Shown piece by piece: positions 54,114 through 63,998 of a stretch of 64,000 nt of DNA. The notes beneath the pieces are model-generated. The model was not told the origin of the DNA, did no database searches, and was given only the letters and a program-made list of their open reading frames with translations. Position numbers and translations under genes: made by a program. Each line of letters starts with the position of its first letter. Positions within the stretch are counted from its first letter, which is position 1. The DNA comes from Nitrospinales bacterium (GTDB lineage Bacteria > Nitrospinota_A > UBA7883 > JACRGQ01): assembly GCA_023248495.1 (NCBI GenBank), contig JAHFEK010000008.1, positions 1,920 through 65,919 of the forward strand, given 5' to 3'.

Positions 54114-55298
54114 TCAGCCGTTCTTCCGTTTGCTTTCTTCGAACTCTTTGCGCACGGCGGGGACAAGTTTCGGGTCGCTCATCAGGGCGCAGACGGTTGC
54201 CGCCATCGCGGTTGCGGCCTTTAGCATGTTATCCTCGCCGCGTTTGCCCACCACGGCTTTCAGGAATTCGCGGGAGTGGTTCACGATATGCGGTTCGCTC
54301 ACCGCGAATTCCGGGTGAAGGCACGGCACCACCTGCGAGAGGTTGCCGATGTCGGATGACCCTATCTCCTCGTTTTCCGGTATGCCGCTTTCAATCAAGC
54401 CAAGCCGCTTGATATAGGAAGAAAATATTTTCCCCATCGTCCGGTTCGGCTCGAACGGTTCGTAGGCCAACCCCCCTTTCACCACTTTCAGGCGGGTGCC
54501 GGTCGCTTTGGCGGCGGCGCGGGCGCAATCCATGACTTTATCCATCATCAGGCGGAAATCTTTCATGGTGATGCCGCGGACGAAAAACCGCGCGGCGGCG
54601 TATTCGGGAATGATGTTCGGCGCGTCGCCGCCGTGGCTGACGATGCCGTGGACGCGGGAAAAATTCGGCGTCTGCTGCCGCATGGCGTTGACGCCGTTGA
54701 AAAGCGCGATCACCGCATCGAGCGCGTTGATGCCCAGCTCGGGATGCGCGGCGGCGTGCGATGCCTTCCCGTAGTATTGGAATTCCAACTCCTGCACGGC
54801 GAGCATCCGCGCCACGGTGCGGGTGTGGTTGGCCGGGTGGGTCATGATGGCGGCGTCCACCCCTTTGAACCATCCCCCTTTGACCATGTAGAGTTTTCCG
54901 CCGCCCCCCTCCTCGGCGGGGGTGCCGATGACTTTGAGCGTGCCGCAGTTTTTTCCCAGCAGGCACTTGGCGGCGGTGGCGGCGCCGAACGCGGCCGCGG
55001 CGATCATGTTGTGGCCGCAGGCATGGCCGATATTCGGCAGAGCGTCGTATTCCGCCAGAACGGCGATGACGGGCGTCTTGCGGTTCCCGTGCCAAACCGC
55101 TTCGAACGCGGTTTTCAGCTTTCCCGCGCCACGCCGGATTTTAAACCCCTCGGCTTCCAGCACCGCGCAGAGGTGATCGGCGGCAAAATGCTCCTCGAAG
55201 TTAAGCTCCGGCTTTTCAAAAATCCGCCGGTTGATGTTGACTATGGCCGGGGCGAGCGTCCGGATCTCTTTCTGGGCGGGACGTAAAAAATCCTTCAT
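54114..55298 (-). CDS. M20-family amidohydrolase (M20D/AbgB-like)
   Basis: HACGHN, GTPAEEGGGGK and THP metal-ligand motifs. 394 aa. Confidence 0.8.
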   Translation of the reverse strand: MKDFLRPAQKEIRTLAPAIVNINRRIFEKPELNFEEHFAADHLCAVLEAEGFKIRRGAGKLKTAFEAVWHGNRKTPVIAVLAEYDALPNIGHACGHNMIAAAAFGAATAAKCLLGKNCGTLKVIGTPAEEGGGGKLYMVKGGWFKGVDAAIMTHPANHTRTVARMLAVQELEFQYYGKASHAAAHPELGINALDAVIALFNGVNAMRQQTPNFSRVHGIVSHGGDAPNIIPEYAAARFFVRGITMKDFRLMMDKVMDCARAAAKATGTRLKVVKGGLAYEPFEPNRTMGKIFSSYIKRLGLIESGIPENEEIGSSDIGNLSQVVPCLHPEFAVSEPHIVNHSREFLKAVVGKRGEDNMLKAATAMAATVCALMSDPKLVPAVRKEFEESKRKNG

Positions 55299-56662
55299 GG
55301 CATGATGTTTCTTGCGACGCGGATGTAGTAAAGCTCTTTCGGGATATTCTCGTTCTCGCAGTAGTTGCTGGCGGCCAGAATCTTGAGGTCGGCAAGGGTC
55401 CGCTCGTCCGCCTCGAATTCTATTTCTTTTACCTCGAGGTCGGCAGCCAGTCCTCCCGCTTCCAGCAGATCCAGCACCGAACGGGCGTCGAACCGTCTTC
55501 CGCCGACATGCAGAAAGGCATCGGTGCCGTGTTCTTCCACCACCAGCGTTACGTAATACGCGGGACGCGCGTGGAGGCCCACCGGTGCCGGCAATGTCAC
55601 CATGGCGCGGGCGGTGCGCGCGAGGCGGGTCATCACCCGTTCGCTAATGGTTTTGCCGTACATCATGTAACGGTGGGCATAGTGCAGGCCAAAATCGGCG
55701 ATAATCCGCAACACCGTATTTTTATCGACGATGGAGCTGATCCGGTCACGGCTGGCGTCGGAGTGGATTTCGTTTTCGTGCCGTTCGTAGAAATGGATGA
55801 GCCAGCGGGACATTTCGAACAAGTGCATCGGGATGGAGATGAATGAGCGGAGCTTGGGCAATTCCGGATCGTCCGCCTCGGCCTGCGTTTTGCGGATGTG
55901 CGTGTCGTATTCCGTCTGAAGGTTGTGCAGCGTATTCTCCAGAATTTTTATTTTAGTCTCGTTTACCCGCGTCGGGATCAGCTTGGCGAAATCCTCCGGT
56001 TCGATTTTCTTGCCATAGCGTTCGCGGCTTACCTTCACGGCGGCTTTGCGGTAACTTTCCGCCAGGCGCATCACCATCTGTTCGGTGGTGTGGTAGCTGC
56101 CCACATCCAGCGTTCGGGGAAGCTTCTCCTGTCTCCCGACCTCCTTAAAGTCGCCCGTGTCCACGTCGCCGCTTCTGAGCCCGCAGCCAAGCCGGCGGAA
56201 TTCCGCCGCCGCCTCGTTAATGAGCGCCGTGGTGATGTCGTTGATGTATGTCAACATCTCCCGTCCGGTGGCGAGAAATTCCTCGGCGGCGTGCTCCGGC
56301 TCGGCCGGGGCGTAATCGTGATAGCGCTCCAGCAGGTGTCCCAACTGAAAGGCGGCGATGGAGAAATTGCGGATGCTGGCTATCAGGTCGCGGAAATGGT
56401 GATAGGTGCCATTTTCCTTCGCGCCGTGGTCGTCGAGAAAAAGCTCCAGCTTTTCCGCTTCGTTCATCAGGTTGAAATAGAAAAGGCTGGAGAGGCTTCG
56501 CTTGTCCAAAGTGGCGACCGCCGCCAACCGGAAAAAAGGGATGGCATAGTCCCGCAGCGGCTTTTTGAAATCCTCCTCGCTGATGATAGCCAGCAACGAA
56601 CGCCTATGGATTGGCGATTCGGCGGAGGGGGTCTGTTGCGGCGCCTGTTCTTGCCTTGTCAT
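55295..56662 (-). CDS. Protein with an uncharacterised ~370-aa N-terminal helical domain fused to a C-terminal HPr phosphocarrier domain
   Basis: C-terminus VTLPAPVGLHARPAYYV...DARSVLDLLEAG has the HPr His-15 and Ser-46 contexts. Start set at ATG 56662; the longer ORF-track N-terminus overlaps a plus-strand gene. The stop overlaps the M20 start (ATGA). Confidence 0.65.
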   Translation of the reverse strand: MTRQEQAPQQTPSAESPIHRRSLLAIISEEDFKKPLRDYAIPFFRLAAVATLDKRSLSSLFYFNLMNEAEKLELFLDDHGAKENGTYHHFRDLIASIRNFSIAAFQLGHLLERYHDYAPAEPEHAAEEFLATGREMLTYINDITTALINEAAAEFRRLGCGLRSGDVDTGDFKEVGRQEKLPRTLDVGSYHTTEQMVMRLAESYRKAAVKVSRERYGKKIEPEDFAKLIPTRVNETKIKILENTLHNLQTEYDTHIRKTQAEADDPELPKLRSFISIPMHLFEMSRWLIHFYERHENEIHSDASRDRISSIVDKNTVLRIIADFGLHYAHRYMMYGKTISERVMTRLARTARAMVTLPAPVGLHARPAYYVTLVVEEHGTDAFLHVGGRRFDARSVLDLLEAGGLAADLEVKEIEFEADERTLADLKILAASNYCENENIPKELYYIRVARNIMP

Positions 56663-56756
56663 ATCCTTTAATTGTAATGCGTTTACCCCTGCACATTCAA
56701 ACCGCGCGTTTCGGGCGCTTTTTGCTACAATGTCGCCACAACTGAAGGAGGTGCCA

Positions 56757-57020
56757 ATGAAGAGCGCGCTTGAACTGGCGATGGAACGAACCGGCGGCGG
56801 ACCGAAGCTGACGCCGGAACAGAAAAAGAAGATAGAGGAGATCCGCGCCGTGGCGAAAGCCAAGGTTGCCGAAGAGGAAATCATGGCCGCCAAGAAGATG
56901 GGCGGCATGGACGATCCCGCCGCTGTTGAGCAACTGAAGGGGCAATCCGCCGCGCTCATCCGCAAGATAGAGGCTGATGCCGAATCAAAAGTGGAGAAAG
57001 TTCGCGGCGGCGGCAAATGA
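56757..57020 (+). CDS. Hypothetical coiled-coil protein
   Basis: GAAGGAGG SD. 87 aa. The stop overlaps the rlmN ATG. Confidence 0.45.
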   Translation: MKSALELAMERTGGGPKLTPEQKKKIEEIRAVAKAKVAEEEIMAAKKMGGMDDPAAVEQLKGQSAALIRKIEADAESKVEKVRGGGK

Positions 57021-58042
57021 CGCGAATCAACCTCAAAAACCTCTCATTCGCGCAAATCGACGAATTGACGGCTGCTATGGGGCAGCCGAAGTTCCGCGCG
57101 AAGCAGATGCGCGATTGGCTATACAACAAGAATGCCGTGGATATAGCATCCATGAGCAATCTTCCGAAGGAGTTCAGGGAACAACTGGCCGCCACGCACA
57201 CCGCCCAAGGATTGGCCATCGCCGCCAAGCGGGCGGCGCCGGACGGCACCATCAAGTATCTTTTCACGCTGGACGACGGATTGACCGTGGAAACGGTTTT
57301 CATTCCAGAGGAAAAACGCAACACGGTTTGCATTTCCACCCAGGTGGGATGCAAGTTCCAATGCGCTTTCTGCGCCACGGGCACGATGGGTTTTTCACGC
57401 AATCTCACCTTGGCGGAGATTTTGAATCAAGTGATCGAGACGCGGCGCGATGCGGGCGAAGTGACCAATGTGGTTTTCATGGGGATGGGGGAACCGCTGG
57501 ATAACTTTACCGCGGTGACGCGGGCGCTGGAGGTGATGCACAACCCCGAAGGGTTCAACATCGGTACGCGGCGAATTACCGTCAGCACCGTTGGCTTGCC
57601 GGCGCAAATCGACAAGCTGGGCAAAAGCGGGCTCAAGACGAACCTCGCCATCTCGCTTCATGCGGCGAATGATGCGGTGCGGAGCCGCCTGATGCCGGTG
57701 AACAAGAAATATCCGGTGGCGGCGATCATGAAGGCCTGCGCCCATTATCCGTTGCAGCATGGGCGCGCCATTACGATGGAGGTTATACTTTTTGATGGGG
57801 TAAACGACCGCCCCGAAGATGTTCAAGCCCTCATAAGGGCATTGAGGGGGGTAAAGGCCAAAGTGAACCTTATATGCTTTAACCCGGTGACGGGGGTCGA
57901 GCTGCGTCCCAGTCCGCGGGAGAGGGTGGAAAAATTCCAGAAAGCGCTCATGAGCGCCGATATTGATTGCACGATCCGGCTAAGCCGTGGGGGTGAAATC
58001 GAAGCGGCTTGCGGTCAGCTCAGAACCTCGTTTACAAAATAG
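57017..58042 (+). CDS. rlmN: 23S rRNA/tRNA (adenine-C2)-methyltransferase, radical SAM
   Basis: FRAKQMRDWLY, the CKFQCAFCATG cluster, MGMGEPL, and a C-terminal ...AACGQL. Confidence 0.9.
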   Translation: MTRINLKNLSFAQIDELTAAMGQPKFRAKQMRDWLYNKNAVDIASMSNLPKEFREQLAATHTAQGLAIAAKRAAPDGTIKYLFTLDDGLTVETVFIPEEKRNTVCISTQVGCKFQCAFCATGTMGFSRNLTLAEILNQVIETRRDAGEVTNVVFMGMGEPLDNFTAVTRALEVMHNPEGFNIGTRRITVSTVGLPAQIDKLGKSGLKTNLAISLHAANDAVRSRLMPVNKKYPVAAIMKACAHYPLQHGRAITMEVILFDGVNDRPEDVQALIRALRGVKAKVNLICFNPVTGVELRPSPRERVEKFQKALMSADIDCTIRLSRGGEIEAACGQLRTSFTK

Positions 58043-58633
58043 CGATCTAAAAATAACGTGCCGCCGGTTGTTTTTTCAAGCAATCACAATGAACAATTTT
58101 CTTGTATCATTATTTAAGTCATTGAAGAAGTGAATGCCTTATTTAACTATAAGTTATAATAAGCTATTCACTTGGAGCGGTAAAAATGTTGCATGTTTCG
58201 CAAATAGTGAACGAAACGTTCATATGTAATAGCTGGGATATCGTTAGCATAAACAGCGAGATAGCGTGGCATCGTTTTGGGCACGCATTTTGCTAAGCTA
58301 ATATGTAGAATTGATTCTCCCCCAGAGAAGTCAATTTCGTTAGATCACCCTCTAACCTCCCCTTAGAAATGGGGGTCATCGCCCGATGGTCCCCATTTTA
58401 ATAACATAATTTATCCAAGCTTCTTTGGGAGTTCGGATAATCCGCCCCCGGCGCCGCATCGTTGCAAACACACTGTGAAGAGCGCCGGAGGGCGAAATAT
58501 TTCGCGCTGCTTCGATTTTATTCGGCGGGCAAGCGTAAAATAATGGCGATATTAATTCCTCAATCGTGAAAGCAAAGCATTCATAAGGTTCTCCCGTTTG
58601 CCAAATCGACCGGCGCGGCGGTATAACTAACGC

Positions 58634-59386
58634 ATGGCACGACCACTTATCGGCATCACGCTTGACATTCAGCAAGTTGTCAACAGCCGCGGCGTACGCG
58701 AAAAGCGATACTGGCTTAAGCGCGCGATGGTGGCGGCAGTGGAAAATGCGGGCGGCGAGCCGTTCGCGCTCCCATTTATCGGCACCCGGCAAAGGGCGCG
58801 GAGCGTCATCGGCGCGTTGGACGGGCTTCTAATCTCTGGCGGTGATTTCGACATCGACCCTAAATATTATGGCGAAAAACGCCATAAAAAATGCGGCCCC
58901 GCGGTGGCGGAGCGGACGAAGAGTGAATTGCTGCTATTGACTGAGGCGGTTGCGGCGCGCAAACCGGTGCTGGGAATTTGCGGGGGTTGCCAGCTCATCA
59001 ACGTATATTTTGGCGGCAGCCTTTATCAGGATATTCCAGCGCAGAAAAAGAACGCTCTCGCGCACAGCCAGCTTCAGCCGCACGCCCGCACGTCGCACCG
59101 GGTGTCGATTACCGCGAAGACCCGGCTCGCGGCCGTCACCGGCGTGGCATCGCTCGCTGTAAACAGCACTCATCATCAGGCGGTGAAAATACCGGGGCGC
59201 GGTCTGTTGCCGAGCGCCGCGGCGGCGGATGGCATTATTGAGGGGATCGAGGCGGCGGACGGCCGCTTCATTGTGGGGGTGCAGTGGCACCCGGAATTTT
59301 TAACGCGGTTGAAACCGCACGCCGCCCTTTTCAGGGCGCTGACGCGGGCGGCCATTGCGCGCAAAAGGAGTGGCCAGCCGCGATAA
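58634..59386 (+). CDS. Class I glutamine amidotransferase, gamma-glutamyl-GABA hydrolase (PuuD/peptidase C26) family
   Basis: LGICGGCQLINV nucleophile elbow and GVQWHPE. Confidence 0.8.
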   Translation: MARPLIGITLDIQQVVNSRGVREKRYWLKRAMVAAVENAGGEPFALPFIGTRQRARSVIGALDGLLISGGDFDIDPKYYGEKRHKKCGPAVAERTKSELLLLTEAVAARKPVLGICGGCQLINVYFGGSLYQDIPAQKKNALAHSQLQPHARTSHRVSITAKTRLAAVTGVASLAVNSTHHQAVKIPGRGLLPSAAAADGIIEGIEAADGRFIVGVQWHPEFLTRLKPHAALFRALTRAAIARKRSGQPR

Positions 59387-59495
59387 CCGTCTCCGCTTCG
59401 GAATGGAGCGGGCGCTTGTATCCCTGCATGTCCCCGACGCTAAAAAAAACACTAAAAGCTTCCCTGATAATCCACGCCGCGCCGAGCGGAAACGG

Positions 59496-60038
59496 TTAGT
59501 TGATTGGATATTTCTTATTGTACAGTTCGATTATTTTTGGAGTGATATCGTTTTTCGGGTCGAACCAGATTACCGAACCCGGCATTCCCTGGGTGCGGGT
59601 GCTCGACTCAAAAATCATTGCCAACCCTTCTCCCTTCGCGTAGCCATCCACTATCTCCAAAACCTTTTTCAAAATCGCCTCGGTGGTTTCTTTTTGCTGG
59701 CGTCCGAATTCGTTGCTTTTTTCTTCCCGGTATTTTTCAAACTCTTCGCGCAACTTGCGGAACTTCAGTTCTTTTTCGCTGCGGGCAGCGTCGCTTAACA
59801 TATATCCCTGTTTGGTCATTTCTTCTTCCAGCTTACGCAGTTCGTCCTGTTTTCCCTTGAGCAGGGTGGTTTCCGTTTCCAGCTTCGCTTTGAGGCGCAC
59901 AAGCGCTTTTTTCCCCTCCTCGGTGTCGTTCAGCGCGTGTTGCATGTCGATAATGCCGTATTTAAACTCGGCGGCCAAGGCCGCCATGGGCAGCGCGAGA
60001 GCTATCACAACCACTACTACGCATGTCAACCGTCTCAT
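59496..60038 (-). CDS. skp: OmpH/Skp periplasmic chaperone
   Basis: AAGGAGAAAG SD. Signal peptide ending ALAA. Lys/Glu-rich coiled region. Located just downstream of bamA. Confidence 0.75.
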   Translation of the reverse strand: MRRLTCVVVVVIALALPMAALAAEFKYGIIDMQHALNDTEEGKKALVRLKAKLETETTLLKGKQDELRKLEEEMTKQGYMLSDAARSEKELKFRKLREEFEKYREEKSNEFGRQQKETTEAILKKVLEIVDGYAKGEGLAMIFESSTRTQGMPGSVIWFDPKNDITPKIIELYNKKYPIN

Positions 60039-60087
60039 CGCTTTCTCCTTCCGCCGCCGGGCGCGGCACTGTTTTTTTGCGGGCGTA

Positions 60088-62370
60088 TCAGAATGTCCGC
60101 CCCATCGTGAAGTGGAACTCCATCTGGGATTCGTCCGGTTTCGGATCCAGTTTGAATCCCCACGCCAGCCATATCGGCATCGCGGGAGTGACGATCCGCA
60201 CCCCCCACCCGACGCTGTGGCGCATATTGGAAAGATCATAACGCTGGTCGGTGGTTTTGCTCAAGTCGCCCTCCGAGCCATACACCTGGCCGCGATCGTA
60301 GAACACCACCCCTTCAAACGACTTCGTGAAGGCGTACGATGTTTCCAGGTTAAAAATCAATGAAGAGTCGCCGCCGATGGATGTGCCATTGGTATCGAGA
60401 GGACCGACTTCCTTGAAGGTAAAACCACGCAGGTCGTATGGTCCGCCCATGAAATAGTGTTCAAACACCGGCAATGTTTTGCCGCCATAGGAACTGGCGC
60501 GCTTTATGGCGCCATGCGCCATTACGACGAAATCATAGGGCAATTTCCAATATCGCGCCCCGTCAAAGGATAGTTTGTAATAGTTCACGTCGCCGCTCAG
60601 CGCGCCACCCGCCAGGCGCATATCCCACACCACCTTGAAACCGTCGGTGGGTTTCCATGAAACGTCCCGTTGGTCATTCGAAATCGTGTAGCCAATCGAA
60701 CTGATGTTCCGCATTCCCTCCTGGGAAAGCAGGAACGTGGTCGGCGTATAGAGATTGTTGAGTTCCACGGTGATAGCCTCAAAGCGGTAGTCCAGCGACA
60801 TTTTGGTGTACTCGCCGAATCCTTTTCCCATGCTCAGGCCGACACCCTTGGAATAGTTGGTATAGCTGGTGTAATCGAACTGCCGGGAGAAAAGCGAGTA
60901 GCCAAGCGAAACCTCGCGGTCTTGCCAGCGGGGATTGGTAAAATCTATATAGTAATCCTGCCGCAGCTTGGACGACTCGAGGCCTATTGAAAGCCGCTGG
61001 CCCGTTCCCCACAGGTTGTTTTCGGTTACTGCGGCGCTGAGCATCAGGTTTTCAAGCGAGCTGTATCCCAGCCCGGCTTTGAGTGTTCCGGTTTCCTTTT
61101 CCGTCAGGTTTAGGGTTAGATCCATGGTGTCGGGTTCACGGCTCGATTTTTGATCGACATCGACGCCCCCGAAATAGCCGGTATTGGCGAGGCGCTGGCG
61201 TGACCGGGTCAGTTTTTGCCCGCTGAAGCGTTCCCCTTCCTTTAACCGCATTTCACGGCGCACCACGTTATCGTTTGTCTTGTAGTTGCCAACGGCGTCG
61301 ATCCGTCCGATATACACCACCCTGCCTGGATCGACCTTGACGGTGATGTCCACCGTTTTGGTTTCCTGGTGTTCAGTGATGTCGGGCAGGGGGGCGGCGT
61401 AGGCGTAGCCGTCGTCCATGTAGAGTTCCTGCACGCTGAAAAGGTTTTGGCGGAAAAGCGACTGGTTGAACGGATCCCCTTTTCTTAAGCTAATCCGCGA
61501 CATGATTTCGTCTTCGGAATGGATGTCGTCCCCCTGGGCGGCGATGTCGCCGAGGAAATACCGGTCTCCCTCGTGCACCGTGAGGGTGACGATGATCGAA
61601 CCGTCCTCGCGGTCAACCTCCACTTTTGGCTCTTCGAGCCGCGCCTTGATAAATCCAAAGTCGCGGTAGCGCGATTCTATCCTGAGGACGTCTACCTTGA
61701 GTATTTCGCGTTGATAGCTTCCGGCATCCGTGAATAACTGCCAGAATCCGGCGGAGCGGCTTTCCATGATGTCGGACAATTGATAGTCGTTCAAAAACTT
61801 GTTTCCGCGAAAGACTACTTTGCCGATCTTTACCTTTTGCCGCTCGATGATTTCATATACCACGTCAACCTGGTTATTACCGGTTTCGGTGGCGGAGGTT
61901 TTGACCTCGGTGAAATAAAATCCCTTTTTAAGATATTTATTTTTGATTTTGAGCACATCTTTTTTCAGCACGTGTTTCTGGAAGAACGAGCCCTTCTTCA
62001 TGGCGATGAGAAGCAACATGTCCTTGTCGGGCACCTCCTTGGCTCCTTTGATCGTAACTGATTTGACGAAGGGCTTCTCTTTCACCTCGTATACCAGCGT
62101 GAGGCCGTCGTCCTTTTCCTTGATAATGAGCCGGATGTCATCGAAATAACCGAGGTTGTATATACGCCGGATGTCTTCGCGCGTGGTCTGGACGGAATAC
62201 GGCGCTCCAGTTTTTGAGCGGATGTAGAACCGGATGGTGTTTTCGTTGGCCCGTTGCGCTCCGGAAATCATGATTTCCTTCACCGGTTTTTCCAGGTCAA
62301 CCGCCCCGGCGGCGCGGGGGATGAGCAACGCAAAAACGGCGGCGAAGAGATGAATTGAAAAGTTTTTCAT
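60088..62370 (-). CDS. bamA: Outer membrane protein assembly factor BamA
   Basis: 760 aa. Signal peptide, POTRA-type repeats (IKEIMISGAQRANENTIRFYI..., VTIKGAKEV..., KIGKVVFRGNKFL...), an Omp85 barrel, and C-terminus FHFTMGRTF. Confidence 0.9.
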   Translation of the reverse strand: MKNFSIHLFAAVFALLIPRAAGAVDLEKPVKEIMISGAQRANENTIRFYIRSKTGAPYSVQTTREDIRRIYNLGYFDDIRLIIKEKDDGLTLVYEVKEKPFVKSVTIKGAKEVPDKDMLLLIAMKKGSFFQKHVLKKDVLKIKNKYLKKGFYFTEVKTSATETGNNQVDVVYEIIERQKVKIGKVVFRGNKFLNDYQLSDIMESRSAGFWQLFTDAGSYQREILKVDVLRIESRYRDFGFIKARLEEPKVEVDREDGSIIVTLTVHEGDRYFLGDIAAQGDDIHSEDEIMSRISLRKGDPFNQSLFRQNLFSVQELYMDDGYAYAAPLPDITEHQETKTVDITVKVDPGRVVYIGRIDAVGNYKTNDNVVRREMRLKEGERFSGQKLTRSRQRLANTGYFGGVDVDQKSSREPDTMDLTLNLTEKETGTLKAGLGYSSLENLMLSAAVTENNLWGTGQRLSIGLESSKLRQDYYIDFTNPRWQDREVSLGYSLFSRQFDYTSYTNYSKGVGLSMGKGFGEYTKMSLDYRFEAITVELNNLYTPTTFLLSQEGMRNISSIGYTISNDQRDVSWKPTDGFKVVWDMRLAGGALSGDVNYYKLSFDGARYWKLPYDFVVMAHGAIKRASSYGGKTLPVFEHYFMGGPYDLRGFTFKEVGPLDTNGTSIGGDSSLIFNLETSYAFTKSFEGVVFYDRGQVYGSEGDLSKTTDQRYDLSNMRHSVGWGVRIVTPAMPIWLAWGFKLDPKPDESQMEFHFTMGRTF

Positions 62371-62435
62371 TATCAGGCGGCGCGCGGGAAAAACAGATCA
62401 GGCATAGTTCCGTTCATGGAAATTCCGTCCGCCGC

Positions 62436-63998
62436 CTATACGGTTTCGACCGTGGCTTTTTCCGTGATATGCAGGGAATCATCCCGGAGTTCCACCATGA
62501 TCGTGCTCCCCGGCTTAAAAACCCCAGAAAGGATTTTCTCGGAGAGGGGGTTTTCAAGATACTTCTGGATGCCGCGCCGCAAGGGGCGGGCGCCGTACGC
62601 GGGGTCGAACCCTTTATCGATGAGCCACTCTTTAGCCTCGCGGCTCATTTCAATATCCAGGTTTTCTTCAAGCAAGCGTTGGCGCACCTTTTCCAGCTGA
62701 AGGTCGATGATGCGCGCCATCGATTCGCGCGCCAACTTGCGGAACACCACGATTTCATCGACGCGGTTCAGAAACTCCGGGCTGAAAACCTTTTTCAGTT
62801 CCGCGCGGATGCCTTCCGACATCTTCTTGTGCGTTGTTTCGCCTTCAATGTTCTGGAATCCCATCGAGAATTCCTTTTCGATCAGCCGCGCCGAGAGGTT
62901 TGAGGTCATGATGAGGATCACATTTTTAAAGCTTACCCGGCGGCCGAAGCTGTCGGTGAGCGATCCGTCGTCCATGATTTGCAGAAGCATCTGGTAGATG
63001 TCCGGGTGCGCTTTTTCGATTTCATCCAGCAACACGACCGAATAGGGGCGGCGGCGCACCTGTTCCGTGAGTTGGCCCCCTTCTTCGTAACCGACATAGC
63101 CCGGAGGCGCGCCGGTCAGCTTGGATGACGCGAATTTCTCGCCGTATTCCGACATATCAAGCCGGATGGCCGCCTTGCGGTCGCCGAAGAGGTACTCCGC
63201 CAGCACGTGCGCCAACTCGGTTTTGCCCACACCGGTCGGCCCCAGGAAGAGGAACGAACCCATTGGCCGGCTGTGATCTTTCAATCCCGCGCGGCTGCGC
63301 CGGACGGCTTCGCATACCACGTCCACCGCGTCGTCCTGGCCGTAGATTTTTTTCTTGAGGTCGCCGGCCATTTCCATCAGGCGCGCGCTTTCTTCTTTGG
63401 CCAACCGGTTCACCGGGATGCCGGTGATGGAGGAGACCACATGGGCCACGTCGGCCTCGGTCACGGTGGGCTTGCCGATGTGGTCGGCCGAGGCTTCCCA
63501 TTTTTCTTTCAGGAATTCCAGGTCGACCCGCAGTTTTTCCTCTTTGTCGCGCAGTTCCACCGCCTCTTCAAATTCCTGACGGTCGATCCGTTCACGTTTT
63601 TCGCGGGCCAGCACGTCGATTTTTTTCTGCATTTCTCGCACTTCCGGCGGGAACGTGACTTGCCTCAGACGAACCCGGCTGCCAGCCTCATCCAGCACGT
63701 CGATCGCCTTGTCCGGCAGGAAACGGTCGGAAATGTACCGGTCGGAAAGCATCACGGCAGCCTTGATGGCCCCCTCGGTGATAATCGCCTTGTGATGCAA
63801 CTCGTATTCGGGCTTCAGCCCCTTGATGATCAAAATGGTCTCGTCCGTGCTCGGGGCGTTGACCATGATCGGCTGAAAGCGGCGCTCGAGGGCGCCGTTC
63901 TTCTCGATGTACTTTCTATACTCGTCGATGGTGGTGGCCCCCACGCACTGAATCTCGCCGCGCGAAAGCGCCGGTTTGAGCATGTTGGAGGCGTCCAC
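62436..63998 (-). CDS. clpC: ATP-dependent Clp protease ATP-binding subunit ClpC-type (N-terminus beyond the window edge)
   Basis: The open frame runs to the window end. UVR-like linker FEEAVELRDKEEKL. D2 Walker A GPTGVGKTE and Walker B LLDEIEKAH. C-terminal ARPLRR. Confidence 0.85.
   Translation of the reverse strand: MDASNMLKPALSRGEIQCVGATTIDEYRKYIEKNGALERRFQPIMVNAPSTDETILIIKGLKPEYELHHKAIITEGAIKAAVMLSDRYISDRFLPDKAIDVLDEAGSRVRLRQVTFPPEVREMQKKIDVLAREKRERIDRQEFEEAVELRDKEEKLRVDLEFLKEKWEASADHIGKPTVTEADVAHVVSSITGIPVNRLAKEESARLMEMAGDLKKKIYGQDDAVDVVCEAVRRSRAGLKDHSRPMGSFLFLGPTGVGKTELAHVLAEYLFGDRKAAIRLDMSEYGEKFASSKLTGAPPGYVGYEEGGQLTEQVRRRPYSVVLLDEIEKAHPDIYQMLLQIMDDGSLTDSFGRRVSFKNVILIMTSNLSARLIEKEFSMGFQNIEGETTHKKMSEGIRAELKKVFSPEFLNRVDEIVVFRKLARESMARIIDLQLEKVRQRLLEENLDIEMSREAKEWLIDKGFDPAYGARPLRRGIQKYLENPLSEKILSGVFKPGSTIMVELRDDSLHITEKATVETV

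Noticed and set aside
56663-57016. N-terminal 118-aa extension of the HPr-fusion ORF (ORF-track start 57016)
   Set aside because: It is a Ser/Ala/Phe low-complexity translation. It overlaps a plus-strand gene (56757..57020) that has a strong GAAGGAGG SD and is coupled to rlmN.
58376-58792. 138-aa minus-strand ORF overlapping the start of the amidotransferase gene
   Set aside because: No motifs. It partly overlaps a well-supported plus-strand gene and has no convincing SD.
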